From an uncultured Alphaproteobacteria bacterium (GTDB lineage: Bacteria > Pseudomonadota > Alphaproteobacteria > Rs-D84): DNA of 64,000 nt. Shown here in pieces: positions 37,451-48,489 of this stretch (the first letter of the stretch is position 1; the number at the start of each line of letters is the position of its first letter). The notes beneath the pieces are model-generated. The model was not told where the DNA came from. It saw nothing but the letters and a program-made list of their open reading frames with translations, and did no database searches. The stretch covers positions 31,058 through 95,057 of the forward strand of contig CATOOF010000002.1 in NCBI GenBank assembly GCA_951801825.1, read 5' to 3'. The translations under genes and the position numbers were made by a program.

Positions 37451-37536
37451 AACATCCGGTTCAATTTTTCTTAAGGGGGCATTGCGCCCCCTTGTTTTAT
37501 TGTCCGATAAAACTGACCTCGACCGGGTGCGAGGGG

Positions 37537-39912
37537 CTATTTTACGACCGTGAATCTCGATTCAGCGGCGGCGCCCATTTCATCAATCGCACGGACAGTG
37601 TGTGTGCCTATTGATACGTCGGCTGTTATGGTGTCGCCTGAATTTGTGGTTCCAATTACCGCACCGTCCATAAACCAAAATATTTTTGCATCGGTCATGT
37701 CTGTTGCGGCCTGGAATGATACCTGGGCGGTGTCTTCGTTTGTGACTATAACGATACGTGTGCCATCGGCCGGCGATGTTATAACGGGGGCGCTGCGTGT
37801 ATTTGATATGGTATCCAAATCACACCCAGGCATATACGGCGGCGGGGTGTTACGGGTTATTCCCGCACGGCGAAACATGTCCAGGTATTCTGAATCCCAA
37901 AATTCATAAACCGCCATATGCGTTGTGGCCGGATTGGGATTGCATGCACGACGGCCGCTGGTGTTGTCAATCGGTACTGCGCGATAAACTGACGACATTT
38001 CAATAGGCGATTTGCTCGGAATAAAATAAGATGGTCGTGTCGCAGGGCAATGCGTGCCGGCAATGCCGCCTACGTCTTGGCACATATCTATTTGTGATAT
38101 ATTTAAATCGTCGCGTAAAAAGTTGTTGTTTTTTATCGGTGTGCCGTGTGCCGCATAATATTCCAGCACGCTGTCGGCCATTGCAAAGTATATTGGTGCG
38201 GCTGTTTTTGCGCCTGAAAATGCGTTATTGGGGCGGCCGTCAAAATTGCCAACCCATATAATCAGGACAAAGTCGCCGAATATTCCGGCCGTCCAGGCAT
38301 CACGGTATGAGGATGATGTTCCTGTTTTCCAATAGTGGCGCAGTGGTATGGAATGTTTTTTTGCAAAAGGTATATTTTTATGGTGTGTTTTTTGTTGCGC
38401 CAGCATGTCCAGTGTCAGAAAATATGCCTCTGGCGATAACAGCTGTCTGATTTGTGTATCATCATCTGCAGTAGAAGTTCTTATTTCTCGCCGCAACCCC
38501 AGGTTGGCCATTGTTGAGTAAATATCGGCCAGTTCCCACATTGATACCTCTGCACCGCCCAGGGCAACAGATATTCCGTAATAGCCCGGCGATTTTAAAT
38601 TTGTAACGCCCGAGTGACCCAACAGTGTATGAAAGTTTGCCACCCCCAGCTGACGGACCAGATTTATTGCCGGAATATTTCGCGAATGAGTCAGCGCCTT
38701 GTACGCCAGTACCGGGCCGTAAAACTCGTTGTCTGCATTTTCAGGGGCATATACGCCAAAATTTACCCGTGCATCTTTCAGCAATGTCATGGAATGTATC
38801 AGGCCTGCATCGGCCGCCGCGGCGTATATTAGCGGCTTTAGCGTAGAGCCAGGACTGCGTCTGGCGCGTACGCCGTCATTTTCGCCGAAAATTTCCTTGT
38901 CAAAATAATCGGCGGAGCCAATATATGCCAATGTTTCCATTGTTTTATAGTTTATAAGAATCGCGGCGGCGTTTGTTATTCCAAAACGGCGGCGCTGATT
39001 GATTTGTGCGCGCATTGTTCGGGTTAACTTGTCCTGTAGCATTACATCCAGTGTAGTTGTTATTTCTGATTTTGTTGTTCCGCGCACCGCCAGTGCGCCG
39101 CCATGTTGGGCCGCCATGCGGTTTACGAAGTGGGGGGCCTTGAAGGGCAGGTCGCGCACACTCATTGCCGCCAGCGGCATGCCGGACATTGTACGCAGTG
39201 CCGCATTGTCGCCATTTGCCGCCGTCCAGCGCCGCACCAAATCCCCGCGCATTTGCATCATATTATCCAGACCGCCCGGTGTTGATATGTTACGGTGCGT
39301 CGGATTCTGGGGGATTGCCGCCAATGTTATTGATTCTATGGTTGTTAAATCTGCCGCACGTTTTTGAAAAAATATCAGGGATGCGGCCCCGATGCCCTCT
39401 ATGTTGCCGCCGTATGGGGCCAGGTTCAGGTATGCTTCTAATATTTCATTTTTGGAATGAAATGCATCAATATAAATTGCCGCGGCAATCTGTTTCAGTT
39501 TTCCTAAAGGATGCTTGGTATTGAGGTTATATCGCAGGCGTGCAACCTGCATCGTGATAGTGGATGCGCCAATTGGGCGCGGTGTGTTGCGAAGATATTC
39601 TGATGCCGCCTTTGCCAATGATACCGGGTTTACCCCAGGGTGTATACGAAAATATTTGTCTTCATATAAAATTATTGCACGGGCGGCATCGGGTGCGATG
39701 TCTTTTAGAGGGGTATAGAGTCTGTATTTGTCGTCCGCTGCCAGCGTCATCCGCATCAGGCGGCCATTGCGGTCGTAAAATGCTGTGGAAAAATACGTGT
39801 CCGACAATATGGGGGGGATGAAAAATATGCGTATAACCAGATATATCGTTATGATAAATCCCAATATGGACCATATTTTGTGCCGGCGAATGAAACTAAT
39901 CGTTGCTTTCAT
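37537..39912 (-). CDS. pbpC: Penicillin-binding protein 1C
   Basis: EDKYF..HPGVNP, GASTITMQVAR, SPGSTLKP, SRN, WKTGTS; coupled to alpha-2-macroglobulin. Confidence 0.95.
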   Translation of the reverse strand: MKATISFIRRHKIWSILGFIITIYLVIRIFFIPPILSDTYFSTAFYDRNGRLMRMTLAADDKYRLYTPLKDIAPDAARAIILYEDKYFRIHPGVNPVSLAKAASEYLRNTPRPIGASTITMQVARLRYNLNTKHPLGKLKQIAAAIYIDAFHSKNEILEAYLNLAPYGGNIEGIGAASLIFFQKRAADLTTIESITLAAIPQNPTHRNISTPGGLDNMMQMRGDLVRRWTAANGDNAALRTMSGMPLAAMSVRDLPFKAPHFVNRMAAQHGGALAVRGTTKSEITTTLDVMLQDKLTRTMRAQINQRRRFGITNAAAILINYKTMETLAYIGSADYFDKEIFGENDGVRARRSPGSTLKPLIYAAAADAGLIHSMTLLKDARVNFGVYAPENADNEFYGPVLAYKALTHSRNIPAINLVRQLGVANFHTLLGHSGVTNLKSPGYYGISVALGGAEVSMWELADIYSTMANLGLRREIRTSTADDDTQIRQLLSPEAYFLTLDMLAQQKTHHKNIPFAKKHSIPLRHYWKTGTSSSYRDAWTAGIFGDFVLIIWVGNFDGRPNNAFSGAKTAAPIYFAMADSVLEYYAAHGTPIKNNNFLRDDLNISQIDMCQDVGGIAGTHCPATRPSYFIPSKSPIEMSSVYRAVPIDNTSGRRACNPNPATTHMAVYEFWDSEYLDMFRRAGITRNTPPPYMPGCDLDTISNTRSAPVITSPADGTRIVIVTNEDTAQVSFQAATDMTDAKIFWFMDGAVIGTTNSGDTITADVSIGTHTVRAIDEMGAAAESRFTVVK

Positions 39913-42900
39913 TGATTACCGTGAATGTTCCGCCATTGCCGATTGCAAGTATTTCGGGGTTATACATTGATTGGCCGTATACGGGTGCAATGGTAAATGT
40001 ACCGCTTGTTCCGGCCTGGGCCATGTATTCGTATACAGATTCTTTGCGATTTATATCCGCATAGATTACGATGCGGTCTTCGCGTGTTTCTGCAAATTCA
40101 TATTCCCCGCGCAGTGATTCTGTATCCGCGATAAATCCGCCCGGCAACAGGTCCACGATTACGCCGCCGGGAACGTTTTTAACGTCCCCACGTGCGCGGA
40201 CAAATATTTTTACCAAAACACGGTCGCCGATTTTTGCGCTGGTAATGCGATTTCCGTCAACATCGTAATATTCGCGCGTTATTTCCATGCCCTGGGCGGC
40301 ATGTGCGATATGTGTTGGATATCCCTGGGCGGTTATTGTCCAAAATGGCGCCACGCTGGTTCCACAGTCGGGGCAACGTATATCTATTTTCTTGGCGCCG
40401 GTTGGGATTTTGGCAATAAATGCACCGCTTTTAGTTTCGCTGTGAACAGGTGTGCCGTCGGCTGTTACGGTCAGTAAATCCGTAATCTGGTTTGATGCGC
40501 CGATGTTGCCACTCTGGCCCAGTATGATGGATGCCGCCGTGAAAGATGTGTATTGGCCACTGTTTATATATTTCATTTGTTCCGGTGTCGGTTGTGATGG
40601 ATGGGCACCGAAATAGCGTGACGCCAAATACTGGTAAATAGAATTATTTGCAACTGTGTTGTTGAATTCGGACTCGTATTTTATCCGTGTTTCGGGTTTG
40701 TATGCCGATGCCAGGGATGCGGCGCGATCGTCTTGGTGCATGATGGAATATGCGGCCCCAATGTATGCACCCATCAGCTCTGATTGCCAGTTTTTAAGAT
40801 TGGCGTTTGCCCATTCTTCGAATTGGCCGATGTATGCGGTTGTGACAAATTCGTTTCGTGTAATGATATATATTGCAAATGCATGTGCCGCCGCGTCATG
40901 TGCATCGCGGATATTCGTTCCGGCGTATGTGCGCAGATAGTCCAGCGCACGCGATACCATTTCGCGTGGAACGTTGTAGCCGCGGTCGCGGGCGATGTTT
41001 AAAAACTCTACAACGTATGCGGTTATGTATGCCGCATCGGCGTCGGACTCATTGTTGCGTCCCGTGCCGCCGCCAGCCCACATTGCAAAAGAGCCATCAT
41101 CGTTTTGTCGATTTTTTAGAGTATTAACAGTATCAGTAATTTTTTTTGCCGCCATGTCATTCGTTATACCTAGAATATTGCTGGAACCGATGACGGCGTA
41201 TGGAATGGCGCGTGATATCATCTGTTCCGTACAGTTCCATTCGTAATGGTTCAGATATTCGACCAATGGGCGGACAACCGCATCAGAGCCATATGAGACA
41301 TACAAATTGTGTACCGCGTTTTCTGGATACATATCCGGCTTTTTAGGTTTCAGAACTGTTTTTTGTGAGTCCAGTCGGCCTATTTGAATATTGGTAATAT
41401 ATGGTGTCGCGGGGCGAACGGACATTGTTGCAACTGCACGGCCGATGGAATCGGGGCCGTTTGCAGATACATCTATGTCGGCAGAGCCCAGTGTGTTGCC
41501 GGCTGTGGCGTGATATGTTACCAATGAATCCGTGCCCTGGGCTATTTCAATGTCTGAGATTGGGCGCCCGGTTATATCTATGCCGGCGGAAGTTCCAGCG
41601 TTTACAGTAAACTTTTGGGGCTTTTCATTATCGGTCAGGTTTGTAACAACCGCATTTATATCGAATTTATCGCCGGGTGCCACGGCCAGTGGTGCGTTTA
41701 TTGTGACTATGACCGGGTGGCGGATTGTAACGGACGTGTCGGCGGCGCCGATGCTGGATTCGCCGGCGGCGATGGCAAATACGCGCAGTGTTCCGTTAAA
41801 CGAATCCGGGATTTGAAATGTTACACTGCCAGGTTTGCCGGCCGTGGCGGTTATTATTTTTGAATAGAATGCGACCGGCTTGTCCAGGCGGCGCGCAAAA
41901 GGATTGGCAATACCAGGCGTCGCACCGATCATGTCGTCATAATCTCCGCCGCCTGTTTTTGCAAATTCATGCAGTATTTTGTATTCGGGCAGTATCAGTG
42001 ACAGGATTTGGTATGTTTCAACCTGTAGTGCCGCTTTTTTAAAGAAGTGTTTTATCGGATTGGGAATCTGATAGCGTGCGACCTGCAATATGCCGTCGTT
42101 TACGGCAAATATCATCAAACGAGCATCGCGGTTGGTTTCATATTTAACGGTAAGCTTTGATTCCGCCAGTGTTTCCGGGGCATTCAGTTTTATTCCGATT
42201 GTGCGCCGCGCAGTGTCCGCCATAAAGGGCGCCACCGCATAAGTATATGGCGTTGTGAATATATCCCGACTGTTGATGTCGCGAACAAACGACACGTTTA
42301 CGTAACCTGTTCCCTCAAATCCTGCGGGAACTTCAATGTTTTGCACGGACTGGGTCGTGTCGGCCTTAAACCATTTATGGGCGTAAACTTTGTCGCGCTC
42401 TATCGTAATAAGGCCATATCCGGCATACGGGGATGTAACCGCTACGGATATGTTGTCACCGGGCGAATAAGATTGTGCGTTTAGTTTTATCTGTAATTGT
42501 GCAACGGTATCAGACCGCAGTTCGGTATTGACGTCGCCGGTAACAAAATATTCAATGTTTGCCATTGTTCGCCCGGCGGCGTCCATAACTTGCAGATAGT
42601 ATGTTCCCGGCGTTGTGGTGTCTAAATTTATATCCATCCCGTTTGCGGGCAGTGATATGTTTTCACTGGTAACGATTTTGTCGCGTGAAACAGTTTGATA
42701 TTTGTAATATCCCGCGCCATCTTTTACCAGGCTGGTTAAATTTTCACGGCGTATCAGACGCATTTCAATATCTGTTGCCGCGGTGCGCGTACCCGTGTGG
42801 TCAACCGCGATAAGATTAACGCTGCGTTTTGCGCCACGGTTTATATATGACAAATCAGAGTTGGCATGCCATCCGACAAGATATTTGGCGTTTGATATGC

Positions 42901-45646
42901 GACCGCTTAGCGCTGTTTGGACACTGCGACCGGCGCCGTTTTCAAATCCTTGGACAATAAGGGTCATGGAATATGTCGAATTGTCATATATTGCATCTGA
43001 TATGTCCATGTCGATTATGGCGCGGCCGTCGGAATCAGTCTTTATATCCTTGAATTCGCGTGTTATTGTTTTGCCGGCGGCATTTGCGGACATTCCACCG
43101 CCCGATATGAAATTGTCTGTAAATTTATATCCCGGAAATTCTTTGAACGAGAATGTTGTCGGGGTTAATATCACACGCGCCGCCACAATGTGGTCGGCCG
43201 CCGGTGTGCCGAACATGTTTCGCAATGAAACATCGGCGTTAATATTTGTCGCCGCCGACCAGCCGTTGTCGGTCATGCCGGCGATAGTGGCGCTTATTTT
43301 TAAATTGTCGGGGGTAAATTCTTCAACACGACAGCTGGTATAGCCCAATATTTCTTGCGGCTTGTTTTTCGCGTTCAGCGAAAACAGCTGGATATTGTAT
43401 TCGCCCAGCGGGGCATTTTCAGATATATCATACGAGATATCGAACATTCCGTCCGCGTTTAATGAAAATGTCTTTTCTAGCGCCAGGCGTCCGCGCGCGT
43501 CACGCATTTCCAGTTTAACAGGTATGCCGGGAATGCCTGAAAAGTTATCGCGTTTTACAATTCCGCCTATCATCAAATTTTCGCCCGGGCGGTATATTCC
43601 GCGGTCTGTGAACATAAATGCGTTTAGTGATGTCGTCGGTGATGCGTATACGCCGTCTATATCGAATTTGGAATATTCAACGTGTCTGTCGTATGGACTG
43701 TCGTACGGGATAAAAGAGACATCATCGCCATTGCGTGCCACGATGGCAACCGGTGCTTTTTCGTTTTTGTACTCATTCCAGGGCAGTGCCGGTATGTTGG
43801 CACGACCTGTATCGTCTGTTCTACCGGCCCATACGGGGTTTCCGTTGCGCCCCAATACATATATTTCTATATCGGCGGCCGGTGTGCCGGATGTTATACC
43901 GGAAACGAATACGGTTGATGACTGGTCTAGATTTACCTTTCGGATAATGCCAAAATTTGTCAGTAATATCAAACGGCGGTCGCTGAAATCTGTTTGGGAT
44001 TGTGTTGGGCCGGTTTGAATGATAAAGATTCCTGTCTTGTCTGAGTTAGTACGATCCAAATAGTCGCCCAAATCTACGGATGCATAGTTGACGCGTTTCA
44101 TGGATGTATCAGCAAAGCCGATACGCTTTTTGAAAACAACAGACATATCATATGTATCAAAAGACCAAGATTTAAACTCTATTGCGCCAAACACATTATA
44201 TGTTTGAGATATAAGATGATTTATTTCCTCAGACTTTACCTTGTATAGATTTACGTATGCCGCATCGGCCCCGCCGCGTGCCGCAATCCCAAGCTTTTTT
44301 TCGCCCCCCAGTGCTAATAATGCACCACTGCCCGCGATTTTTACCGTGCGTGCAGGATAGGGGACCTTTAATACGCGGCCGGCGCCGTTTTTTAATTCAA
44401 AGCCGGCGGCCGATTTGAATCCGGGCAGAATTTTTGCATAAATGAACCTGTCGCTTTTTTCGGATACATCGTACGAAAAAGCATACTGGTATGTGCCGGT
44501 CGGATTTTCAAAATCAATTTTCTTAAGTGCCAGTTTTTCTGATTTTTTTATTACTGCATCTGTAATTTCATCGGCGGCCCAGCTGTGCGGTTTTTCCTGG
44601 TCTGTGCTTCCATCGCGGTTTCGTGGCAACAAAAACAGCTCTATATATTGGGCCCATTTTGTGTTGTCGGCCGCGGCGGATGTCGTGTCTATTAATAACA
44701 GTTGCTGGGGCGTGCCGTTTGAATCATCTGCAACAGTGGTATTTATTTCAGATATTTTAAATATGTTGTCGGCAGATTCTATTGTTGTGTTTCCTGTTAC
44801 TTTTTGCGTCATTGCATCGCCCGTGGCGGCTGGAATTCGGTTAAGCTTTATACGCAGAACCTGGGGGGCGTCGGTTATGGCAACCGGTGCGGATGTTATA
44901 ATTGCCGTTCTGTGAAATCGATCGAATTTTACATTAAATTCAATGTGTTTGCCGTCCAGTCGCATTTTTACACGATCAGAAAACTTTTTTGTGTCCACGG
45001 GATAATTAAATGATATTACCGCGGCCGCGATTACAGATTTGTCGGCGGCGGGATATGTGTTAAATGATTCGACTGTTGCGACAATATCAGATGTTGTAAA
45101 TGCTATGCGGGATGTATTTGCGCGTATTTCGGTGTTTAATATGTTTGGATTTATTTTTACTGTGAATTTGGTATCGGCGGGCAGTTCGTGTTTTGGGCGA
45201 AAAACTAGTGCATTTGGTCCGCGGCGCATCCATGTTCCCTGGATGGCCGGGTCTATCTTTACGCCGGATTCAATGTCTGCATCTGTTAAATCCATGCGCA
45301 GGGCGGGGGCGTAATCGCCGGATACCTGGTCATATAATAATACAAGTTCGCCAGGCATTCCGATTTCTCGATTGTTGTTTGGTTCCGGTATTGCCGCGAC
45401 CCCTATAAAATCAGCGGCGGCGTTGTCTGAAAAGACGGACGGGGTCGGCGCAGTGACCGATATTTCAAATCGGGGCCGGTCGCTTTTTCCAATTATTGTC
45501 GTCAGGGCATATATCACACCGGCCAAACCGATAACGGTAAGAACTGAAATAATCGTTTTTTTCCATATTTTTTTTATGGCGGTTGGCTGATTTTTTACCT
45601 GTTTTCCGGAATTTATTCTTGATTTTTTCATGTTTTGCCCTTCCAT
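39896..45646 (-). CDS. Bacterial alpha-2-macroglobulin (YfhM-like)
   Basis: FTDRGIYRPGE, VEEFTPD, GGGD, thioester CTEQ, QNDDGSFAMW, VDLLPGGF, REDR. Confidence 0.95.
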   Translation of the reverse strand: MEGQNMKKSRINSGKQVKNQPTAIKKIWKKTIISVLTVIGLAGVIYALTTIIGKSDRPRFEISVTAPTPSVFSDNAAADFIGVAAIPEPNNNREIGMPGELVLLYDQVSGDYAPALRMDLTDADIESGVKIDPAIQGTWMRRGPNALVFRPKHELPADTKFTVKINPNILNTEIRANTSRIAFTTSDIVATVESFNTYPAADKSVIAAAVISFNYPVDTKKFSDRVKMRLDGKHIEFNVKFDRFHRTAIITSAPVAITDAPQVLRIKLNRIPAATGDAMTQKVTGNTTIESADNIFKISEINTTVADDSNGTPQQLLLIDTTSAAADNTKWAQYIELFLLPRNRDGSTDQEKPHSWAADEITDAVIKKSEKLALKKIDFENPTGTYQYAFSYDVSEKSDRFIYAKILPGFKSAAGFELKNGAGRVLKVPYPARTVKIAGSGALLALGGEKKLGIAARGGADAAYVNLYKVKSEEINHLISQTYNVFGAIEFKSWSFDTYDMSVVFKKRIGFADTSMKRVNYASVDLGDYLDRTNSDKTGIFIIQTGPTQSQTDFSDRRLILLTNFGIIRKVNLDQSSTVFVSGITSGTPAADIEIYVLGRNGNPVWAGRTDDTGRANIPALPWNEYKNEKAPVAIVARNGDDVSFIPYDSPYDRHVEYSKFDIDGVYASPTTSLNAFMFTDRGIYRPGENLMIGGIVKRDNFSGIPGIPVKLEMRDARGRLALEKTFSLNADGMFDISYDISENAPLGEYNIQLFSLNAKNKPQEILGYTSCRVEEFTPDNLKISATIAGMTDNGWSAATNINADVSLRNMFGTPAADHIVAARVILTPTTFSFKEFPGYKFTDNFISGGGMSANAAGKTITREFKDIKTDSDGRAIIDMDISDAIYDNSTYSMTLIVQGFENGAGRSVQTALSGRISNAKYLVGWHANSDLSYINRGAKRSVNLIAVDHTGTRTAATDIEMRLIRRENLTSLVKDGAGYYKYQTVSRDKIVTSENISLPANGMDINLDTTTPGTYYLQVMDAAGRTMANIEYFVTGDVNTELRSDTVAQLQIKLNAQSYSPGDNISVAVTSPYAGYGLITIERDKVYAHKWFKADTTQSVQNIEVPAGFEGTGYVNVSFVRDINSRDIFTTPYTYAVAPFMADTARRTIGIKLNAPETLAESKLTVKYETNRDARLMIFAVNDGILQVARYQIPNPIKHFFKKAALQVETYQILSLILPEYKILHEFAKTGGGDYDDMIGATPGIANPFARRLDKPVAFYSKIITATAGKPGSVTFQIPDSFNGTLRVFAIAAGESSIGAADTSVTIRHPVIVTINAPLAVAPGDKFDINAVVTNLTDNEKPQKFTVNAGTSAGIDITGRPISDIEIAQGTDSLVTYHATAGNTLGSADIDVSANGPDSIGRAVATMSVRPATPYITNIQIGRLDSQKTVLKPKKPDMYPENAVHNLYVSYGSDAVVRPLVEYLNHYEWNCTEQMISRAIPYAVIGSSNILGITNDMAAKKITDTVNTLKNRQNDDGSFAMWAGGGTGRNNESDADAAYITAYVVEFLNIARDRGYNVPREMVSRALDYLRTYAGTNIRDAHDAAAHAFAIYIITRNEFVTTAYIGQFEEWANANLKNWQSELMGAYIGAAYSIMHQDDRAASLASAYKPETRIKYESEFNNTVANNSIYQYLASRYFGAHPSQPTPEQMKYINSGQYTSFTAASIILGQSGNIGASNQITDLLTVTADGTPVHSETKSGAFIAKIPTGAKKIDIRCPDCGTSVAPFWTITAQGYPTHIAHAAQGMEITREYYDVDGNRITSAKIGDRVLVKIFVRARGDVKNVPGGVIVDLLPGGFIADTESLRGEYEFAETREDRIVIYADINRKESVYEYMAQAGTSGTFTIAPVYGQSMYNPEILAIGNGGTFTVINESND

Positions 45647-45814
45647 TCGAAAATTATTTTAAATCGCAAAGCCCGGAAATACAAGTTTTTTATTGGTTTT
45701 GATGCAGTTTTCATAAGATTCCTAATTATTTAGTTAAAACAGTGTGTTATAAAAGTCATGTGCGTCAGTCCGGAGGGCAATGTTTTTATGCCAACAGACA
45801 AAAGGAATAGTATC

Positions 45815-46435
45815 ATGATATATGGTTACATACGTGTTTCAACAGACCATCAGACAACTGAAAACCAGCGTTTTGAAATAGAGCGCTTTTTCGAAAAGCA
45901 GGGCTTGGTAATAGACAGCTGGATAGAGGAAATAATTTCCGCAACCAAGGATTTAAACAAGCGAAAACTGGGGCGCTTGATAAAGAAGGTTAAAAAGGAT
46001 GACTTGATTATCGCATCCGAATTGTCACGACTGGGGCGTAATTTGTTGCAGATTATGAGCATTTTGCATCATTGCATGGATATTGGTGCGCGCGTATGGA
46101 CGATAAAAGATAATTATCGGCTGGGTTCAGACATAACCAGCAAGGTTTTGGCATTTGCGTTTGGATTGTCTGCAGAAATTGAGAGAAATCTGATTTCCCA
46201 GCGCACAAAAGAGGCATTGGCGCGTTTAAAGTCAGAGGGCAAGCATGTTGGCCGTCCGCGCGGCAGCAGTAACGCATGCAAGCTGGAGGGGCGCGAGAAA
46301 TATATTATACAAAAGCTGAGCAATGGCAGTAGCAAGTACGAGATTGCACGGCGTCTGCGCGTTCATCGCGATACACTGACAAAGTTTATAGAACTTAATG
46401 GTATTGCGCCGGTGGCATCCGCACCTGTTGCGTGA
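45815..46435 (+). CDS. Serine recombinase (resolvase/invertase, Mpi-like)
   Basis: MIYGYIRVST, ELSRLGRN, AFAFGLSAEIERNLISQRTKEAL, GRP, C-terminal HTH. Confidence 0.92.
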   Translation: MIYGYIRVSTDHQTTENQRFEIERFFEKQGLVIDSWIEEIISATKDLNKRKLGRLIKKVKKDDLIIASELSRLGRNLLQIMSILHHCMDIGARVWTIKDNYRLGSDITSKVLAFAFGLSAEIERNLISQRTKEALARLKSEGKHVGRPRGSSNACKLEGREKYIIQKLSNGSSKYEIARRLRVHRDTLTKFIELNGIAPVASAPVA

Positions 46436-48253
46436 TTAAAACGCCATCGTGCGTTTTGCCAGGATAAAGAATTCGTCTGTGCCGGTCGGGTTGTCAACGA
46501 ATGCCGCTGTTACGAATTTGTACGTCAGCGAGTATTCAACCGCCGCGGCGCCGGCCAGGGATGCTGATGCGTCCTGGAACATCAGTGCGCCGTTGGCCGC
46601 GCGGCCTGTTGGCATGCGCATATGCATATCGCCCGACAGTATCATGTCTGTCATGGAAACATTCGCGCGCCAGTCGCCAATTTGTGCACCGGCGGATACA
46701 GATGCGGTATATATGCTGGAAAATTTTGTAATCATGGAGTCCGTGCGGCCGCGCGGATGTGTCGCGCCGACTTCCGGACGCAGGAATATTTTCGCGCCGC
46801 CAACATCAAATTCTTGATTTAAGGCGATAAATGTTATGGTTGTGTGTTCGTCTGTTCCCAACAGGCCGTCCGCGGCCAGGAATTCACTGCGGCGGAAACC
46901 GAATTCAATCGGGCCTGCGTTTGCGCTGGTCTTGGCGGGGTGGCGCAGGTGTTCGTATGCGCGGCCGTGATTTTTGATTTTGATATGGTCGTTAAGGTTT
47001 GTTTCAAACGCGCGGCCATAGTCGTCAACAAACGCCAGTTTTAAATCGGCCCCGCGCAGTTTGCGGCCGATTTGGCCCGGCACATGTGCCGCGCGCAACG
47101 GCGCGTTGCCGCCCGCGGCCAGCGGTACCGTTGCGGCACCCACCGGGCGTGTTGCACGTTCCAGGTCCAGCATTCCGTGGCCATATACGGCATCAACACC
47201 CGGCGTGCCCAAATCGCGTGCCGTTGTCAGCAACAGGTCTGTTATCTGGGGGGCGGTCATGTATGGGAATGCTTCACGGATAACCGCGACGGCGGCCGAT
47301 ACAATCGGGGCGGCAAAAGATGTGCCTGAGACAACGCGATTTCCGCTGTCGATGCCGGTTCCCGGCGCCGTGATGCAATATTCCATTGTTTCGCCGCATG
47401 CATTGCTGTAATCGGCCAAGCCTCCGCGCGTATCATCCCATGCAACAACATTGATAAAGTGGCCCTTCATCTCAGGTACAACGCGCGGCAACGCAGACAG
47501 CGCGCCAGACTGGCTAAGCCCTTCGTTACCGGCGGCCCATACGAAGATTGCGCCGTTGCCCGCGGCGGCGGCCAGGTTATCGATAAAGTTTTTATCGGTT
47601 AGGCGTTCCAGCTGCTGGCGTGAACGAATCTGGGTCGCGCGCATTTCTGTATTCCAGCTGGCGTTTATAATATCGGCATTTGCGGCGCGTGCCACAACAT
47701 CACCAATTTCGGCATAGGAAAAGAATTTATTATTAGCGCCGGCAATGTTGTATTTTTCAACCGTTGCATCTGCGGCAATCGGGCCCGCGGCAATGGCCGC
47801 CACCGCGTTGCCATGCCATGAATCAGCGTCCAGAACCGCGATAGTAGAGCCCTTGCCGGTATATCCGCGTGCCAGAGAATAGGCCAGGCGTATGCTGTCG
47901 TATTGTGCGTGATTTTTGTCATAGTCTTCGCGGGACATAACAGATGCAACGTGGGCTGCGCTGACGTCGGCACCGACATAGTCATATGCGTTCATTGTCG
48001 GCATCGGGCCGGCGTCATTGCCGCCGCCACCACCGCCGCCACCGCCGGCAAAAGCCATCGCGGCACCCGCGGCCGCGGCGCCGCCCAGTGCCAGGCCGGC
48101 ACCAATCCAGCCCTTGGAAATCTTTTTACATTCGTAGGGATGATTCTTTTTATATATAGGATTATCACAATTGTTATCATTGCGCGGCGCGGCATATGTC
48201 GCGATTGGTGCGGCGGTAACGGCGGCGATTAAAATCAGGCGTAATGCAAACAT
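46436..48253 (-). CDS. Secreted S8 subtilisin-like serine protease
   Basis: Triad motifs IAVLD, HGNAVA, GTSFAAP; AAGN oxyanion motif; YGHGMLDL. Confidence 0.92.
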   Translation of the reverse strand: MFALRLILIAAVTAAPIATYAAPRNDNNCDNPIYKKNHPYECKKISKGWIGAGLALGGAAAAGAAMAFAGGGGGGGGGNDAGPMPTMNAYDYVGADVSAAHVASVMSREDYDKNHAQYDSIRLAYSLARGYTGKGSTIAVLDADSWHGNAVAAIAAGPIAADATVEKYNIAGANNKFFSYAEIGDVVARAANADIINASWNTEMRATQIRSRQQLERLTDKNFIDNLAAAAGNGAIFVWAAGNEGLSQSGALSALPRVVPEMKGHFINVVAWDDTRGGLADYSNACGETMEYCITAPGTGIDSGNRVVSGTSFAAPIVSAAVAVIREAFPYMTAPQITDLLLTTARDLGTPGVDAVYGHGMLDLERATRPVGAATVPLAAGGNAPLRAAHVPGQIGRKLRGADLKLAFVDDYGRAFETNLNDHIKIKNHGRAYEHLRHPAKTSANAGPIEFGFRRSEFLAADGLLGTDEHTTITFIALNQEFDVGGAKIFLRPEVGATHPRGRTDSMITKFSSIYTASVSAGAQIGDWRANVSMTDMILSGDMHMRMPTGRAANGALMFQDASASLAGAAAVEYSLTYKFVTAAFVDNPTGTDEFFILAKRTMAF

Positions 48254-48394
48254 TTTTCCCTCTTCTCTTTTAAATATAGACACAAAACACTGTTTTGTCA
48301 ATATAGGAATGTAAATTTTTATTATTTTTACAAATATCAAAAAATACTTGATTTTTCAGGGGCACTGCGCTATTATCGGCGTACGCGCCATGCG

Positions 48395-48475
48395 CGAATA
48401 ACACAACCGTTGTGCCTAAAATTTCTGTCCAAGATATATTTGGTCTGATGCACACGGTGAGGATAACAACAGAAA
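48395..48475 (+). promoter_or_regulatory. Putative rpsB (S2) autoregulatory leader
   Basis: ACCGT(T)GTGC..GCACACGGT stem followed by GAGGATAAC upstream of rpsB, similar in layout to t44/S2 leaders. Confidence 0.45.
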
Positions 48476-48489
48476 AAAGGATAAAAATC

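Noticed and set aside
39896-45646. Alpha-2-macroglobulin/pbpC pair as a novel system
   Set aside because: Well-known conserved operon with an intact CxEQ thioester motif.
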